Shown: one piece after another, positions 38,042 to 48,317 of the stretch
How positions within the stretch are numbered: the first letter of the stretch is position 1
Layout of the letters: every line of letters starts with the position of its first letter
Source of the DNA: an uncultured Arcobacteraceae bacterium
Lineage (GTDB): Bacteria > Campylobacterota > Campylobacteria > Campylobacterales > Arcobacteraceae
DNA: 64,000 nucleotides
Direction of reading: 5' to 3'
NCBI GenBank assembly: GCA_964022095.1
Contig: CAXHZO010000007.1
Span: forward strand, 25,527 to 89,526
The notes under the pieces: model-generated
Database searches by the model: none
Seen by the model: only the letters and a program-made list of their open reading frames with translations
What the model was told of the DNA's origin: nothing
Translations under genes and position numbers: made by a program

Positions 38042-38875
38042 ATGAAAAACAATAGGCTTAATATGTATAAAATGTTCTCTTTATTAATGGTAGTATTTTT
38101 AATAGGCTGTGGAGGAAGTGGAGGAAGCAGTTCATCTTCGAGAATTTTTGCTTTTGATACAAATACTACTTGGCAGATTCAATTAGATAACACAAGCGGA
38201 ATAAATACCTCTTATAATGTAGAAGTATATGAGTTTGATCTTTTTGATAATAGTACAGATTTAATAACACAATTAAAAAATGATGGAAAAAAAGTAATAT
38301 GTTATTTTAGTGCTGGTAGTTATGAAGACTGGCGTAGTGATGAAAGCAGTTTTCCTCAAACTGTTTTAGGTAATGATTTAGATGGTTGGCCTGGTGAAAA
38401 ATGGCTTGATATTTCAAGTGATTTGATTAAACCTATCATGACAGCAAGACTTGATGTAGCAGTTTCAAAAGGCTGTGATGCAGTTGAGTTTGATAATATT
38501 GATGGATATACAAATAATACAGGTTTTGCATTAAACTATAATGATCAACTCTCTTATAATAAGTTTTTAGCAACAGAAGCTAAAAGCAGAGGCTTAAAAG
38601 CTGGATTAAAAAATGATTTAGATCAAATTCCTGAATTAGTTGATTATTTTGATTTTATTGTAAATGAACAGTGTTATGAATATGATGAATGTGATACCTT
38701 AACTCCTTTTATCGATGCAAACAAAGCCGTATTTAATATTGAATATGCAGATAAATATGTAAACAATACAAATTCACAAAGAGATATAATTTGTAATGAA
38801 AGCAAAAGTTCTGGGATTTATACCTTGATTATGCCTTTAGATTTAGATGGTAGTTTTAGAATTACGTGTGACTAA
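38042..38875 (+). CDS. GH114 endo-alpha-1,4-polygalactosaminidase-like lipoprotein (start may be ATG 38063)
   Basis: Lipobox LIGC with Gly/Ser linker; TWQIQL, ICYFSAGSYEDWR, WPGEKWLD, EFDNIDGY, LKND, NEQC. Confidence 0.88.
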   Translation: MKNNRLNMYKMFSLLMVVFLIGCGGSGGSSSSSRIFAFDTNTTWQIQLDNTSGINTSYNVEVYEFDLFDNSTDLITQLKNDGKKVICYFSAGSYEDWRSDESSFPQTVLGNDLDGWPGEKWLDISSDLIKPIMTARLDVAVSKGCDAVEFDNIDGYTNNTGFALNYNDQLSYNKFLATEAKSRGLKAGLKNDLDQIPELVDYFDFIVNEQCYEYDECDTLTPFIDANKAVFNIEYADKYVNNTNSQRDIICNESKSSGIYTLIMPLDLDGSFRITCD

Positions 38876-38934
38876 ATTTACTCTTATTTAACTTTATTGT
38901 ATAATCTTGGAAAACTTACAATAAAAAGAAGAAT

Positions 38935-40770
38935 ATGATAGAACTTTCAAACATCTCAAAATCTTATGGAGAAAAAGAGTTATTTACAAACTTAAATTTC
39001 AGATTAAACAAAGGTAATAAAGTAGGGCTAGTAGGCCGAAATGGTAGTGGTAAATCTACTTTATTCAAATTAATACTTGGTGAAGAAAGTCCTGATGATG
39101 GTGATATAAATATTCCAAGAAACTATAAAATAGGTGCTTTAAAACAGCATTTAGTTTTTACTGAAAAAACAGTAAGACAAGAGTCTTCATTAGCTTTAAG
39201 TGAAGAAGACAAGTATAATGTTTATAAAGTTGAAAAAATACTTTTTGGTTTAGGTTTTTCAAGTGATGACTTAGACAAAGATCCTTTATCTTTTTCAGGT
39301 GGTTATCAAATAAGAATAAATCTAGCAAAACTTTTAGTTACTGAGCCAAATCTGTTATTATTAGATGAACCAACAAACTACTTAGATATTTTATCTCTTA
39401 GATGGTTAAAATCATTTTTAAGAAGTTTTGAGGGTGAAGTAATTATCATCACACACGATAGAGACTTTATGGATAGTATTACAACTCATACTATGGGATT
39501 AGTAAGAAGAAACTTAGAATTAATCCCTGGAAATACAAAGAAATTTTATGAGCAATTAGAAGCAAATGATGAACACTACGAAAAACAAAAAATAGCACAA
39601 GATAAAAAAAGAAAAGAGCTTGAAGAGTTTATTGCTAAAAATAAAGCAAGAGCTTCAACAGCAGCACAAGCTCAATCAAAACAAAAAGAGCTTGATAAGA
39701 TGGAAGATTTAAGCTCTTTAGCTCATGATTCAACTCTAGATTTTGATTTTAATTTTAAAGTAACTCCTGCAAAAGTTTTATTAGATATAAAAGATGTTAG
39801 TTTTGGATATGACAAAGATAATATACTTTTCAAAGATATTGGTTTTACATTAAAAAAAGGTGAAACTTTAGGAATTATTGGAAAAAATGGTAAAGGTAAA
39901 TCTACTCTTTTAAATACAATAGCAGGTGAACTTAAACAATTAAGTGGAATAATAGATTATCACGGAACTACTAGTTTTGGCCATTTTGGACAAACAAATA
40001 TTGATCACTTAAATTTAAATAATACTATCATGGATGAAATATATTTAGGAAATCCAAAATTAGCTGAATCGTCTGTTAGAGCAATTGCTGGGTCTATGAT
40101 GTTTAGTGGTGATGATATCAAAAAGAAAATCTCACTTTTATCTGGTGGTGAAAAAAGTAGGGTAATGCTTGGTAAGATTTTAGCTACAGATGTAAATTTA
40201 TTATTCCTTGATGAACCTACAAACCACTTAGATATGGAGTCAATTGATTCTTTGATTCAAGCTATCAAAAATTTTGAAGGCTCTTGTATTATTGTAACTC
40301 ACTCAGAGGAACTGTTAAGACAAACGTGTGATAGACTGATTATATTTTCAAAAGGTGGAGCAGATTATTTTGATGGTAATTATGATGAGTTCTTAGAAAA
40401 AATAGGTTGGGAAGAAGAGGAGCTTGAAGAGAAAGTAAAAGCAGCTCCAAAAGTTAATAAAAAAGAGAATAAAAAATTAAGAGCTTCTTTAATTCAAGAA
40501 AGAAGTAAACTAACAAATCCTTTAAAAAAAGCAGTTGAAAAATATGAAACTAATATTATGAACTTAGAAGAGAGTTTACAACAAAATCAAGATGAGCTAA
40601 TAAAAGCTTCAAATGATGGAGATAACTCAAAGGTTATTGAGCTATCATCTATTGTTTTAAAAATAGAAAAAGAAGTAGAAGAGAATTTTGAATTACTAGA
40701 AGAAAATCAAAATAAATTAGATGAAATTTTAGAACAGTATGAAGAAAAACTTGAAGAGCTTACAGTATGA
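38935..40770 (+). CDS. ABC-F family ATPase
   Basis: Two ABC cassettes (GRNGSGKST, GKNGKGKST, LDEPTN twice), no TM segments, C-terminal coiled coil. Confidence 0.92.
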   Translation: MIELSNISKSYGEKELFTNLNFRLNKGNKVGLVGRNGSGKSTLFKLILGEESPDDGDINIPRNYKIGALKQHLVFTEKTVRQESSLALSEEDKYNVYKVEKILFGLGFSSDDLDKDPLSFSGGYQIRINLAKLLVTEPNLLLLDEPTNYLDILSLRWLKSFLRSFEGEVIIITHDRDFMDSITTHTMGLVRRNLELIPGNTKKFYEQLEANDEHYEKQKIAQDKKRKELEEFIAKNKARASTAAQAQSKQKELDKMEDLSSLAHDSTLDFDFNFKVTPAKVLLDIKDVSFGYDKDNILFKDIGFTLKKGETLGIIGKNGKGKSTLLNTIAGELKQLSGIIDYHGTTSFGHFGQTNIDHLNLNNTIMDEIYLGNPKLAESSVRAIAGSMMFSGDDIKKKISLLSGGEKSRVMLGKILATDVNLLFLDEPTNHLDMESIDSLIQAIKNFEGSCIIVTHSEELLRQTCDRLIIFSKGGADYFDGNYDEFLEKIGWEEEELEEKVKAAPKVNKKENKKLRASLIQERSKLTNPLKKAVEKYETNIMNLEESLQQNQDELIKASNDGDNSKVIELSSIVLKIEKEVEENFELLEENQNKLDEILEQYEEKLEELTV

Positions 40771-42014
40771 TTAGTTCTTTTAAAGAGTTTAAATTCTCAA
40801 CTTCTATACAAAAAGCATTAGATGAAAATTCATATTTAGAACCTACTGATATTCAAGCAAAAGTTATTCCTTTGGCTTTAGATAACAAAGATATTATTGC
40901 AAAAGCACAAACAGGAAGTGGTAAAACTGCTGCCTTTGTATTGCCAATTTTAGAAAAACTTTTACAAAATCCAACGCAAACAAAAAAATCAAAAATCAAA
41001 GTTTTAATTTTAACTCCTACTAGAGAATTGACTTTGCAAGTTAGTGAAACTTTTAAAATATTCTCAAAATATTTTGATAGAAAATTAAAAGTATCAAATT
41101 TAATAGGTGGTCAAAATATAGGTGATCAACTTTTACACATACAAAAAGGTTGTGATGTAGTAGTTGCAACTTCAGGAAGACTTCTTGATATTATTAGTAA
41201 AAAGCAAATTAACTTAGACTCTTTGGAATATTTTGTTTTAGATGAAGCAGATAAAATGTTAAATCAAGGCTTTGAAGAGGAGTTAGAATTAGTTTTAAAG
41301 TCATTACCTTTACAAAGACAAAATCTTTTGTTTTCTGCTACTTATTCAGATGAGATTTTAAAAATTGTTTCAAAAATATCTAATAATGCCCAAGAAGTAT
41401 TTTTACAAGAAAATGAAATAAATCTTGATAACATAAATCAAAGAGCAATTGAAGTTAATAGTGAAAATAGAAGTGCGCTTTTAAGAAAAATTTTAAAAGA
41501 AGAAAAGTTTTCAAAAGTTTTAGTATTTATGTCAAATAAAAGAGCTAGTGATAATATCTTTGCAAAATTTAAAAGATATGGGTTTAGTGCTCTTTCTTTT
41601 CATGGCGATTTAGACCAAGAAGAAAGAATAAAAACATTAGATGATTTTAAAGAAAAAAGAATTAATATCCTTTTTGCAACAGATATTGCAGCAAGAGGAT
41701 TACATATTGAAGATATCGATTGTGTTGTGAATTATGACCTTCCTAGATCTCCTAGTGATTATGTTCACAGAATCGGAAGAACAGCAAGATTTGGTAAAAG
41801 CGGAACAGCTATATCTTTTATAAATTATGAAAATGAAGAGCATTTTAAATTAATTCAAAAGCGTTCAAACATAGATATTAAAACAGAACAAATAGAAGGT
41901 TTTGAATTAAAAGGTCAAAGAGTTCAAAAGAAAAAGGGAAGTGAACCTGTAAAAGGTAAACGAAAAAGTAAAAAAGATAAATTAAGAGAAAAAGCTTCAA
42001 AAGATTCTATTTAA
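40767..42014 (+). CDS. DEAD-box RNA helicase
   Basis: AQTGSGKT, PTREL, DEAD, SAT, ARGL, HRIGRTAR. Confidence 0.95.
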   Translation: MISSFKEFKFSTSIQKALDENSYLEPTDIQAKVIPLALDNKDIIAKAQTGSGKTAAFVLPILEKLLQNPTQTKKSKIKVLILTPTRELTLQVSETFKIFSKYFDRKLKVSNLIGGQNIGDQLLHIQKGCDVVVATSGRLLDIISKKQINLDSLEYFVLDEADKMLNQGFEEELELVLKSLPLQRQNLLFSATYSDEILKIVSKISNNAQEVFLQENEINLDNINQRAIEVNSENRSALLRKILKEEKFSKVLVFMSNKRASDNIFAKFKRYGFSALSFHGDLDQEERIKTLDDFKEKRINILFATDIAARGLHIEDIDCVVNYDLPRSPSDYVHRIGRTARFGKSGTAISFINYENEEHFKLIQKRSNIDIKTEQIEGFELKGQRVQKKKGSEPVKGKRKSKKDKLREKASKDSI

Positions 42015-42781
42015 ATAATACCTTTTATTTTTAATGCTTCCATCATAATTTCTTTTCTATATTTAGCTTGGTTTAAACTTTGCATGTTCATATTCATTGC
42101 AAAAAACCAAGTTTTATTTTTCAGTTCTATATATCCAACATACCAGCCAATCTTCATTGCCCAACCAGTTTTTACTCTGATAATATAATTGTCATTTGCT
42201 TCAACAATCATAACTTCTTTTGTTTTATCAATATTTTTTTGCGTATAAGGCAGATTATTTGTATAAAGCTTCTGTAAAAACTCAATTTGCTCTAATGCTG
42301 AAATTTTTAAATCTCCATTTAGCCAAAATCTTGTTAAGTTTTCACCTACTTGCATATTTCCATAGTTTAATTGTTTTAGATGTCTTTGATAATTATATAT
42401 TCCTATTCTTTTTGCAAGTTCTTGATAACACCATACACAAGAAACAGGGAATCCACTTTTGATAGAATGGTCTTGATTCCAAGGTTCCCAACCTTTATCT
42501 ATTCCGTCCCATTTGATGATTTCTAATTCATTTTTTATAGCTTTTTCTTCAAGGGCAATTAAAGTATTTGCGATTTTAAAAGTTGATGCGGGTGGTAGTT
42601 GTTGTTTAGCTCTTTTTTCATCAGATATAAATACTGTGTTATTATCTAATGAACTAATCGCTATTGTACCTACAAGCTCTCTTTTATCAAATAGTTCTTT
42701 TAGCTGTAAATCTTCAGCAAATAAAAAACTTGTTAAAAGAAAAAAAGTTATAGAAAATCTATGAATCATGTTTATTCTCAT
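42011..42781 (-). CDS. blaOXA: Class D (OXA-type) beta-lactamase
   Basis: Signal peptide; STFK, SCV, YGN and KTG motifs; FWLNGDLKISA. Confidence 0.9.
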   Translation of the reverse strand: MRINMIHRFSITFFLLTSFLFAEDLQLKELFDKRELVGTIAISSLDNNTVFISDEKRAKQQLPPASTFKIANTLIALEEKAIKNELEIIKWDGIDKGWEPWNQDHSIKSGFPVSCVWCYQELAKRIGIYNYQRHLKQLNYGNMQVGENLTRFWLNGDLKISALEQIEFLQKLYTNNLPYTQKNIDKTKEVMIVEANDNYIIRVKTGWAMKIGWYVGYIELKNKTWFFAMNMNMQSLNQAKYRKEIMMEALKIKGII

Positions 42782-42808
42782 TTTAATAAAGTTTAATTTT
42801 AACTTCTT

Positions 42809-43687
42809 TTAGTCAATTAGAAGTTTAAAACTCTTTGAATTAAATAGTTTTACAGAATCACTTTTTAGGTTTTTTAACTCTGTAGTGAATTTATCATTTG
42901 CAAAAAGTATTGCAATATCTGCTTTGAAACCAACTTTTTTACTATCACTTTGAAGTGTAGTAAGTGAAGCTTTTTTAACTTTATTTTTTGTATTAATACA
43001 ATTTGCAACTAATACTTTTCCACTAGTAGTTTTTGCAACAATATCAATTTTAATTGAATTATCCCAATACTTACCAATAGTTTTTATTTCATCATCTTTA
43101 TAATAAACTTTTATATATTCCATTGCAAGCTCTTCAAAAACAAAGTCTGTAAACTCTTCGATTCTATTATCAAATCTTTGCTCAAACTCTTTGTAGTTTT
43201 TATCTTTTATTCCTTTGTAAATAGGAGAAACAAAAGCGAACCAGAATCTTAAAAATGGTGTAGTAAATAGAAGTTTTTTTGATACTTTATCATCACCTCT
43301 TTGGTTTGCTAAGTAGTGTAGTGATGATTCAACTTCAATTACACCTCTTTGAGATAGATTTTCAACATTTTTCATTCCTTCTTCAAAGCTTACATGAGCT
43401 TTTTTAAATGATGTGTTAGTTCTTCTATCTCCAAGTGCAATTCCAGTTAAAATAGCGTGAGCCACACTATATCCACCAGTTAATGAAGTAACATCGTCTT
43501 TTAATGATAAATAGTTGTCTAATATATGTTTTTTAATCTCATCTTTTAAAGGTTTAGTTGTATCAATTTTGATATCTAATCCTCCAAATACGCTAAAAAA
43601 ACTTATTGCTTCTTCCATTGTTTTAGGATTGTTTTTTTGACAAAAAGTTTTAAATTGGCTTTTTGTTGTTTTCTCAAATAAAATTAT
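42809..43687 (-). CDS. DUF234-domain (PD-(D/E)XK-like) protein without an ATPase domain; probable ATA/ATT start upstream of ATG 43618
   Basis: FSVFGG, PFLRFWFAFV, FEELA, GKYWD..IDIV. A 23-codon open extension follows an AAAGGA RBS. Confidence 0.7.
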   Translation of the reverse strand: MILFEKTTKSQFKTFCQKNNPKTMEEAISFFSVFGGLDIKIDTTKPLKDEIKKHILDNYLSLKDDVTSLTGGYSVAHAILTGIALGDRRTNTSFKKAHVSFEEGMKNVENLSQRGVIEVESSLHYLANQRGDDKVSKKLLFTTPFLRFWFAFVSPIYKGIKDKNYKEFEQRFDNRIEEFTDFVFEELAMEYIKVYYKDDEIKTIGKYWDNSIKIDIVAKTTSGKVLVANCINTKNKVKKASLTTLQSDSKKVGFKADIAILFANDKFTTELKNLKSDSVKLFNSKSFKLLID

Positions 43688-43753
43688 TGGAGATCCTTTT
43701 TTGTTTTTTGTAATTATATAGTAATTTCTTAGCTTTTGTGCTGAAGTATAATT

Positions 43754-44824
43754 CTATTTTTTTGGAATAAAATACATTACAGTTTCGTATATACCTTCCA
43801 TATAGTGCCGTAAATAGATCTTATAGTCATTTCTTATTTCAAGTATTAGTTGTGGTACCTTATACCAATCTTGGGCTTTATGATAGACACAAATAGCTAA
43901 AATAGGGTGATATTCTTTTATGGTTTGCTTGGCACCTAAAATCGCATCTTGTTCTGCCCCTTCAATATCAAGTTTTATAAAATCTATTTTTTCTTTTATG
44001 ATATTATCAATAGTATTTATATTCATAGCTTGATAATCATGCTCACAGTTATTTTGTTTAGTAAGTGATTCAAGAGTTGTTTGAGTTTTTTTATTCCCTA
44101 ATCCACAGTTTATAAATTCAATATCTCTTTTTTCTTCAAAGTCTCTTTTTGCAATATTTATATGTAAGTTATTTGGTTCAACACAGTATATTTTTTCATA
44201 ATCAGGAAAGTTTTTTATAATAAAAGGAAGTGTATCTCCCACATAAGCTCCACCATCTAAAAATCGTATATTTCTAATTTCAGGAATAATATCTTTGTCA
44301 AAATATTGCTGTGCATGGTTATTTGTAAATCCTTCCATAAAATCAAAATCAAAACTAATTTTAAAGTTTAGTACTTTTGTAAATACCTCTTTTGATTTTT
44401 CATCTTCTAGTAGTTTATAAACCTTTTCATATGCACTTTTATTTGATGGAAAATCCTCTTTAAAATCTAATATAAAAGGTGGCGGTGCAAGTTCTAAATT
44501 AGAGTATCTGTAAAGACTAAGATAGTTAAAGTGTGTGTAACCCATATTATCTAGTTTGGTTTTTACTTCTAGGGGACTTCCACTTGAGGTACTTAAAATA
44601 ATTGAGTCTTTTGGAACATCTTGTATTTTTAAAATATTTTTCTTTTTTGAAGATTGAACTCTTGTAAAATCATCAATTATTCCATCGACTTTTATATGTT
44701 TTTGAACACTTTTTGTGAGTTTATTTATTCCAAGTATATATTTTTTTGTATTAGTTGAAGAGATAAAAAGCTCAGTTAATTCTTTATCTTTTTTATTTAT
44801 ATAATCAAAATCTATCAATTTCAT
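43754..44824 (-). CDS. FkbM-family SAM methyltransferase
   Basis: FLDGGAYVGD, CVEP, FIKLDIEGAE, LAICVYH, YLRHY. Start set at the ATGA overlap (44824). Confidence 0.85.
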   Translation of the reverse strand: MKLIDFDYINKKDKELTELFISSTNTKKYILGINKLTKSVQKHIKVDGIIDDFTRVQSSKKKNILKIQDVPKDSIILSTSSGSPLEVKTKLDNMGYTHFNYLSLYRYSNLELAPPPFILDFKEDFPSNKSAYEKVYKLLEDEKSKEVFTKVLNFKISFDFDFMEGFTNNHAQQYFDKDIIPEIRNIRFLDGGAYVGDTLPFIIKNFPDYEKIYCVEPNNLHINIAKRDFEEKRDIEFINCGLGNKKTQTTLESLTKQNNCEHDYQAMNINTIDNIIKEKIDFIKLDIEGAEQDAILGAKQTIKEYHPILAICVYHKAQDWYKVPQLILEIRNDYKIYLRHYMEGIYETVMYFIPKK

Positions 44825-45555
44825 ATTTTTAAACTTCTTATATTTTTCATTCTTATCCATATTTTATTATTTAGTTTTTTATATATCCATAAGCATCCAA
44901 GATCAAAGCCAAAATAAAATAGACTAATCGAACTAGGGGGATTAGCACTAGATATAAAACTTATTTTATCAAACCAAACATCTGGCCAAACCCAACAGTT
45001 ATAATATGTTCCAACTAGCTCTAAATATAAAACCATAAAATACATAATAAGATAAAATAGTCTCATTTGCGGTTTTTTATAAAATAAATATAAAATAAAT
45101 AAAAAGCAAATAAATCCAAAAGTGTCTTTATACATTACAAACCAATAAATACTAAATATACTCATGAGTATATATAAAACTTTAATTACATACTCTTTTC
45201 TTAGTTTGATAAAATTCTCTTTTGAAATATAAAAAACAGCTGCATAAACAATACAGTGTCCAAAAGGAACATACAAAGGAAGATTTTCTAATCTGTACGT
45301 ATACATTCCAAGAACTAAAGCAAATAGAGTTTCTCCAACTAAAGCAAGAAATAATCCATATATCATTAGTTTTTTTATTTTTACAGTGACTTTTTTATAA
45401 ATATAAATATAAGTTAATATTACAATTAGATTTGATATTTGTTGATTATATGAAATTATTTCAGATATTTGCTTACTATCAATAAATAAAGCTAACCAAA
45501 TAAGAAATATAGATGGTAGATAAATATAGTGATATTTAAGTTGATTAAATACCAT
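44821..45555 (-). CDS. Uncharacterised integral membrane protein
   Basis: About 7 hydrophobic segments; motifs YRLENLPLYVPFGH and ELVGT..W.W..ANPPS. Confidence 0.7.
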   Translation of the reverse strand: MVFNQLKYHYIYLPSIFLIWLALFIDSKQISEIISYNQQISNLIVILTYIYIYKKVTVKIKKLMIYGLFLALVGETLFALVLGMYTYRLENLPLYVPFGHCIVYAAVFYISKENFIKLRKEYVIKVLYILMSIFSIYWFVMYKDTFGFICFLFILYLFYKKPQMRLFYLIMYFMVLYLELVGTYYNCWVWPDVWFDKISFISSANPPSSISLFYFGFDLGCLWIYKKLNNKIWIRMKNIRSLKI

Positions 45556-45558
45556 GTT

Positions 45559-46857
45559 TTAGATTCTAAAAAGATCTTTAGGATTTATATGTGAAGAGTT
45601 TTTTGTTGCTTGAAATGTTAAATTATCATCAACTCTTCCTACTACATATCCTTTTTTTACCCATTTACCAACTTTTAAAGTAGGGGCAATTTCATCAAGG
45701 TGAGAATAGATTGTATGAAGTCCATTTTCATGTTGGATAATTACAACATTTTCAAGCATACCGGCATTTTTCTTTGCATAAACTACTTTTCCATTTAAAA
45801 CAGAAACTACTTTTGCTTTTCGTATTTTTGATTTTAAAACGATAGATTCATTAAATAGTTTAATTTTATAAATAGGGTCATAATAAGTACCGAATTTTTT
45901 AACAACTTTAAATGATTTTAAAGGAGCAATAGTTTTTCTACCTCTATATCTAACAATTTTAACTCCATCCGTTGAAGAACCAATTTTTCTAACATCTAAG
46001 TTTAGATTATTTGCATATTCTTGATTTCTCACTTCTGCTGTTTTTATACTATTTGCTTTTTGGTCATTTGATTTTTTCTTTTTCTTTTTTGCCATTAAAG
46101 CTTTTAGTCTTCTTTTTCTCTCTTTTTCTCTGGCTTTTTTTATCTCTTCCGTTTTTAAAATATTTAGTTGAGATAGTAATTGTTTTAAAGACTCTTGCTG
46201 CTCAACTACCTTTGTTAACTCTTTTTGATAAGACTTATGTTGGTCTTCTAAACTAACAAGAGATTTAGAGTGCTTCTTTTTTAGTGAGCTTAGGGTTTGT
46301 TTAGTTTTTTGTCTTTTTTTAATATATGAAGAGATTTTATCAATATTTTTTTGATTTGTTTTTGTATTTGATGTAACTAGATTATAATTATTGTTTAGCT
46401 TTAAAATTTTGTCTTTTGAATTTTGTGAAAGTAGGGTATAGATTTCGCTATCAATTAGTTCTTGTAAAGAGTTTTCAGAAGCTAGTTTAAGTGCAATAGA
46501 AACAGAAAACTCTTCTATAATCGTATCAACAATCTCTTCTTCATTATTCTTTTTTTCAGTAATAAGATTTGAAGATTTTTGTTTTAGTTGTTCTAATTTT
46601 GTTTTTGATTCTTCAAGTAATATTTGATGTTTATCAATATCACTATTTACTTTTTTAATATCTTTTTCAAGTGTTATTATATTTTTGTTTTGTTTTTCAA
46701 TTTGTTCTGCTAGTTCTTTTACTTTTAAACTTGCTTTTTTCTTTTTGTAACTACTACTATTTAATATTTGTTTGTTTTTTTCAATCTTTTTATCAATATT
46801 TGTTGCACTTAATAAAAAAGTGAATGATATAAATAGTAAAAATAGTATTTTAGTCAT
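45559..46857 (-). CDS. envC: EnvC-like murein hydrolase activator (coiled coil + M23)
   Basis: Signal peptide, long coiled coil, degenerate M23 domain (IIQH..TIYSHL); downstream of ftsEX. Confidence 0.85.
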   Translation of the reverse strand: MTKILFLLFISFTFLLSATNIDKKIEKNKQILNSSSYKKKKASLKVKELAEQIEKQNKNIITLEKDIKKVNSDIDKHQILLEESKTKLEQLKQKSSNLITEKKNNEEEIVDTIIEEFSVSIALKLASENSLQELIDSEIYTLLSQNSKDKILKLNNNYNLVTSNTKTNQKNIDKISSYIKKRQKTKQTLSSLKKKHSKSLVSLEDQHKSYQKELTKVVEQQESLKQLLSQLNILKTEEIKKAREKERKRRLKALMAKKKKKKSNDQKANSIKTAEVRNQEYANNLNLDVRKIGSSTDGVKIVRYRGRKTIAPLKSFKVVKKFGTYYDPIYKIKLFNESIVLKSKIRKAKVVSVLNGKVVYAKKNAGMLENVVIIQHENGLHTIYSHLDEIAPTLKVGKWVKKGYVVGRVDDNLTFQATKNSSHINPKDLFRI

Positions 46858-47668
46858 TGTTTATCTTATACTTTAATAGTACACCTAATATTGTAAAAAT
46901 AGATATGAAAAATGATAGTAAAAATAGTTTTACAAACTCACTGTATAAACTCATTTCAATATCAATAATATCGTGTAGTTCTATCGGAAATAAAATACTC
47001 ATGTTATTATACACATAATATAAGATTGTACCTGCTGTTATAAATGCTAGAAATGAGCTTAATACTGCATATTTTAGTACACTTGAAGCACTATAAAGTA
47101 TTGATGCTCCATGTAGTCTTAAAATTGATATTTCAACACTATGTTCATGGAACCATAACTTAATTTGTTTAGCAATTACAATAATCGCAAAAATAGTAAC
47201 TATGAAAAATAGCATAAATGTAATAGTATTTATAAGTAATAATAGTAAATAAATCTGATTGTGATTCTTATAAAAAACCTCTACTTTTCTAATATTTTTA
47301 TTTTGTAATAGCATCTCTTTTATATCTTCAAGTTCACTACTTGTGGGGAAAACTTCAAGATATATTTGATAAAAATGTGGAAGTTTTTGTTTTAATAGTT
47401 CAATAGAGTTTTTTGATAAACTTGATTTCATATTATCAATTATTCTATCTTTTTTTAAAGTCTGAATTTTTTCAACTTTAATTCCAGCAAGTTCATTAAT
47501 TGATTCTTTTATCAAAGGGGTATTTGTAACAATTACAATTGAGTAGTCTCTGGATATTTTTGATTTGTAACTATCAACAACATTATCAACTAATGTGAAA
47601 ATAGAGTATGTAATTAGCATTGCTAATAAAGGAATAAAAAATGCAAAAAGATTTTTAAGAAACTTCAT
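46850..47668 (-). CDS. ftsX: Cell division ABC permease
   Basis: 4-TM topology, EISILRLHGAS; adjacent to ftsE. Confidence 0.88.
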   Translation of the reverse strand: MKFLKNLFAFFIPLLAMLITYSIFTLVDNVVDSYKSKISRDYSIVIVTNTPLIKESINELAGIKVEKIQTLKKDRIIDNMKSSLSKNSIELLKQKLPHFYQIYLEVFPTSSELEDIKEMLLQNKNIRKVEVFYKNHNQIYLLLLLINTITFMLFFIVTIFAIIVIAKQIKLWFHEHSVEISILRLHGASILYSASSVLKYAVLSSFLAFITAGTILYYVYNNMSILFPIELHDIIDIEMSLYSEFVKLFLLSFFISIFTILGVLLKYKINND

Positions 47669-48317
47669 AAATTATTCCATCCTCAATTGATAACTGCCTA
47701 AACTTTATTCCTAAGTTTTTAGGTACTCGGTGTGTTACAACAACAACTGTAATCCCTAGTTGTTCGTTTGCACCTTTTAATAAGTTCCATACTACTTCAG
47801 CTGAATAATCATCAAGATTTCCTGTTGGTTCATCCGCAATAATGATTTTAGGGTTGTGTGCTAAAGCACGTGCAACTGCAACTCTTTGTTGTTCTCCACC
47901 ACTTAATTCATTTGGATAATATCCAGCTCTATGAGATAATCTTACATGGGCTAATAGTTTTTTTGCTTGATCTTTTGAAATTTCTGGTGAGTAACCATTT
48001 ATTTTTAGCGGAATCATAATATTATCTTCAATAGTATATTCATTGATTAGTTTATAATCTTGAAATATAACTCCAATATCTTTTCTAAGTTTTCTAAGCT
48101 TTTTGCCTTTTATTCCAAAAACTTCTTGATCTTCAATCTTTAAACTACCATGCTTTAAAGGAATGTCCCCATAAAATGATTTAAGAAGAGTTGATTTTCC
48201 ACTACCAGAGTTTCCACCAATAAAAATAAACTCTTTTGGTTTTATAGTAAAATTACCTTTTTTTATAATATATTTATTGTCATCATATGATAAATAAATA
48301 TTTTTTGCTTCAATCAT
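47655..48317 (-). CDS. ftsE: Cell division ATPase
   Basis: [36 protein letters not shown]. Confidence 0.92.
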   Translation of the reverse strand: MIEAKNIYLSYDDNKYIIKKGNFTIKPKEFIFIGGNSGSGKSTLLKSFYGDIPLKHGSLKIEDQEVFGIKGKKLRKLRKDIGVIFQDYKLINEYTIEDNIMIPLKINGYSPEISKDQAKKLLAHVRLSHRAGYYPNELSGGEQQRVAVARALAHNPKIIIADEPTGNLDDYSAEVVWNLLKGANEQLGITVVVVTHRVPKNLGIKFRQLSIEDGIIYEVS

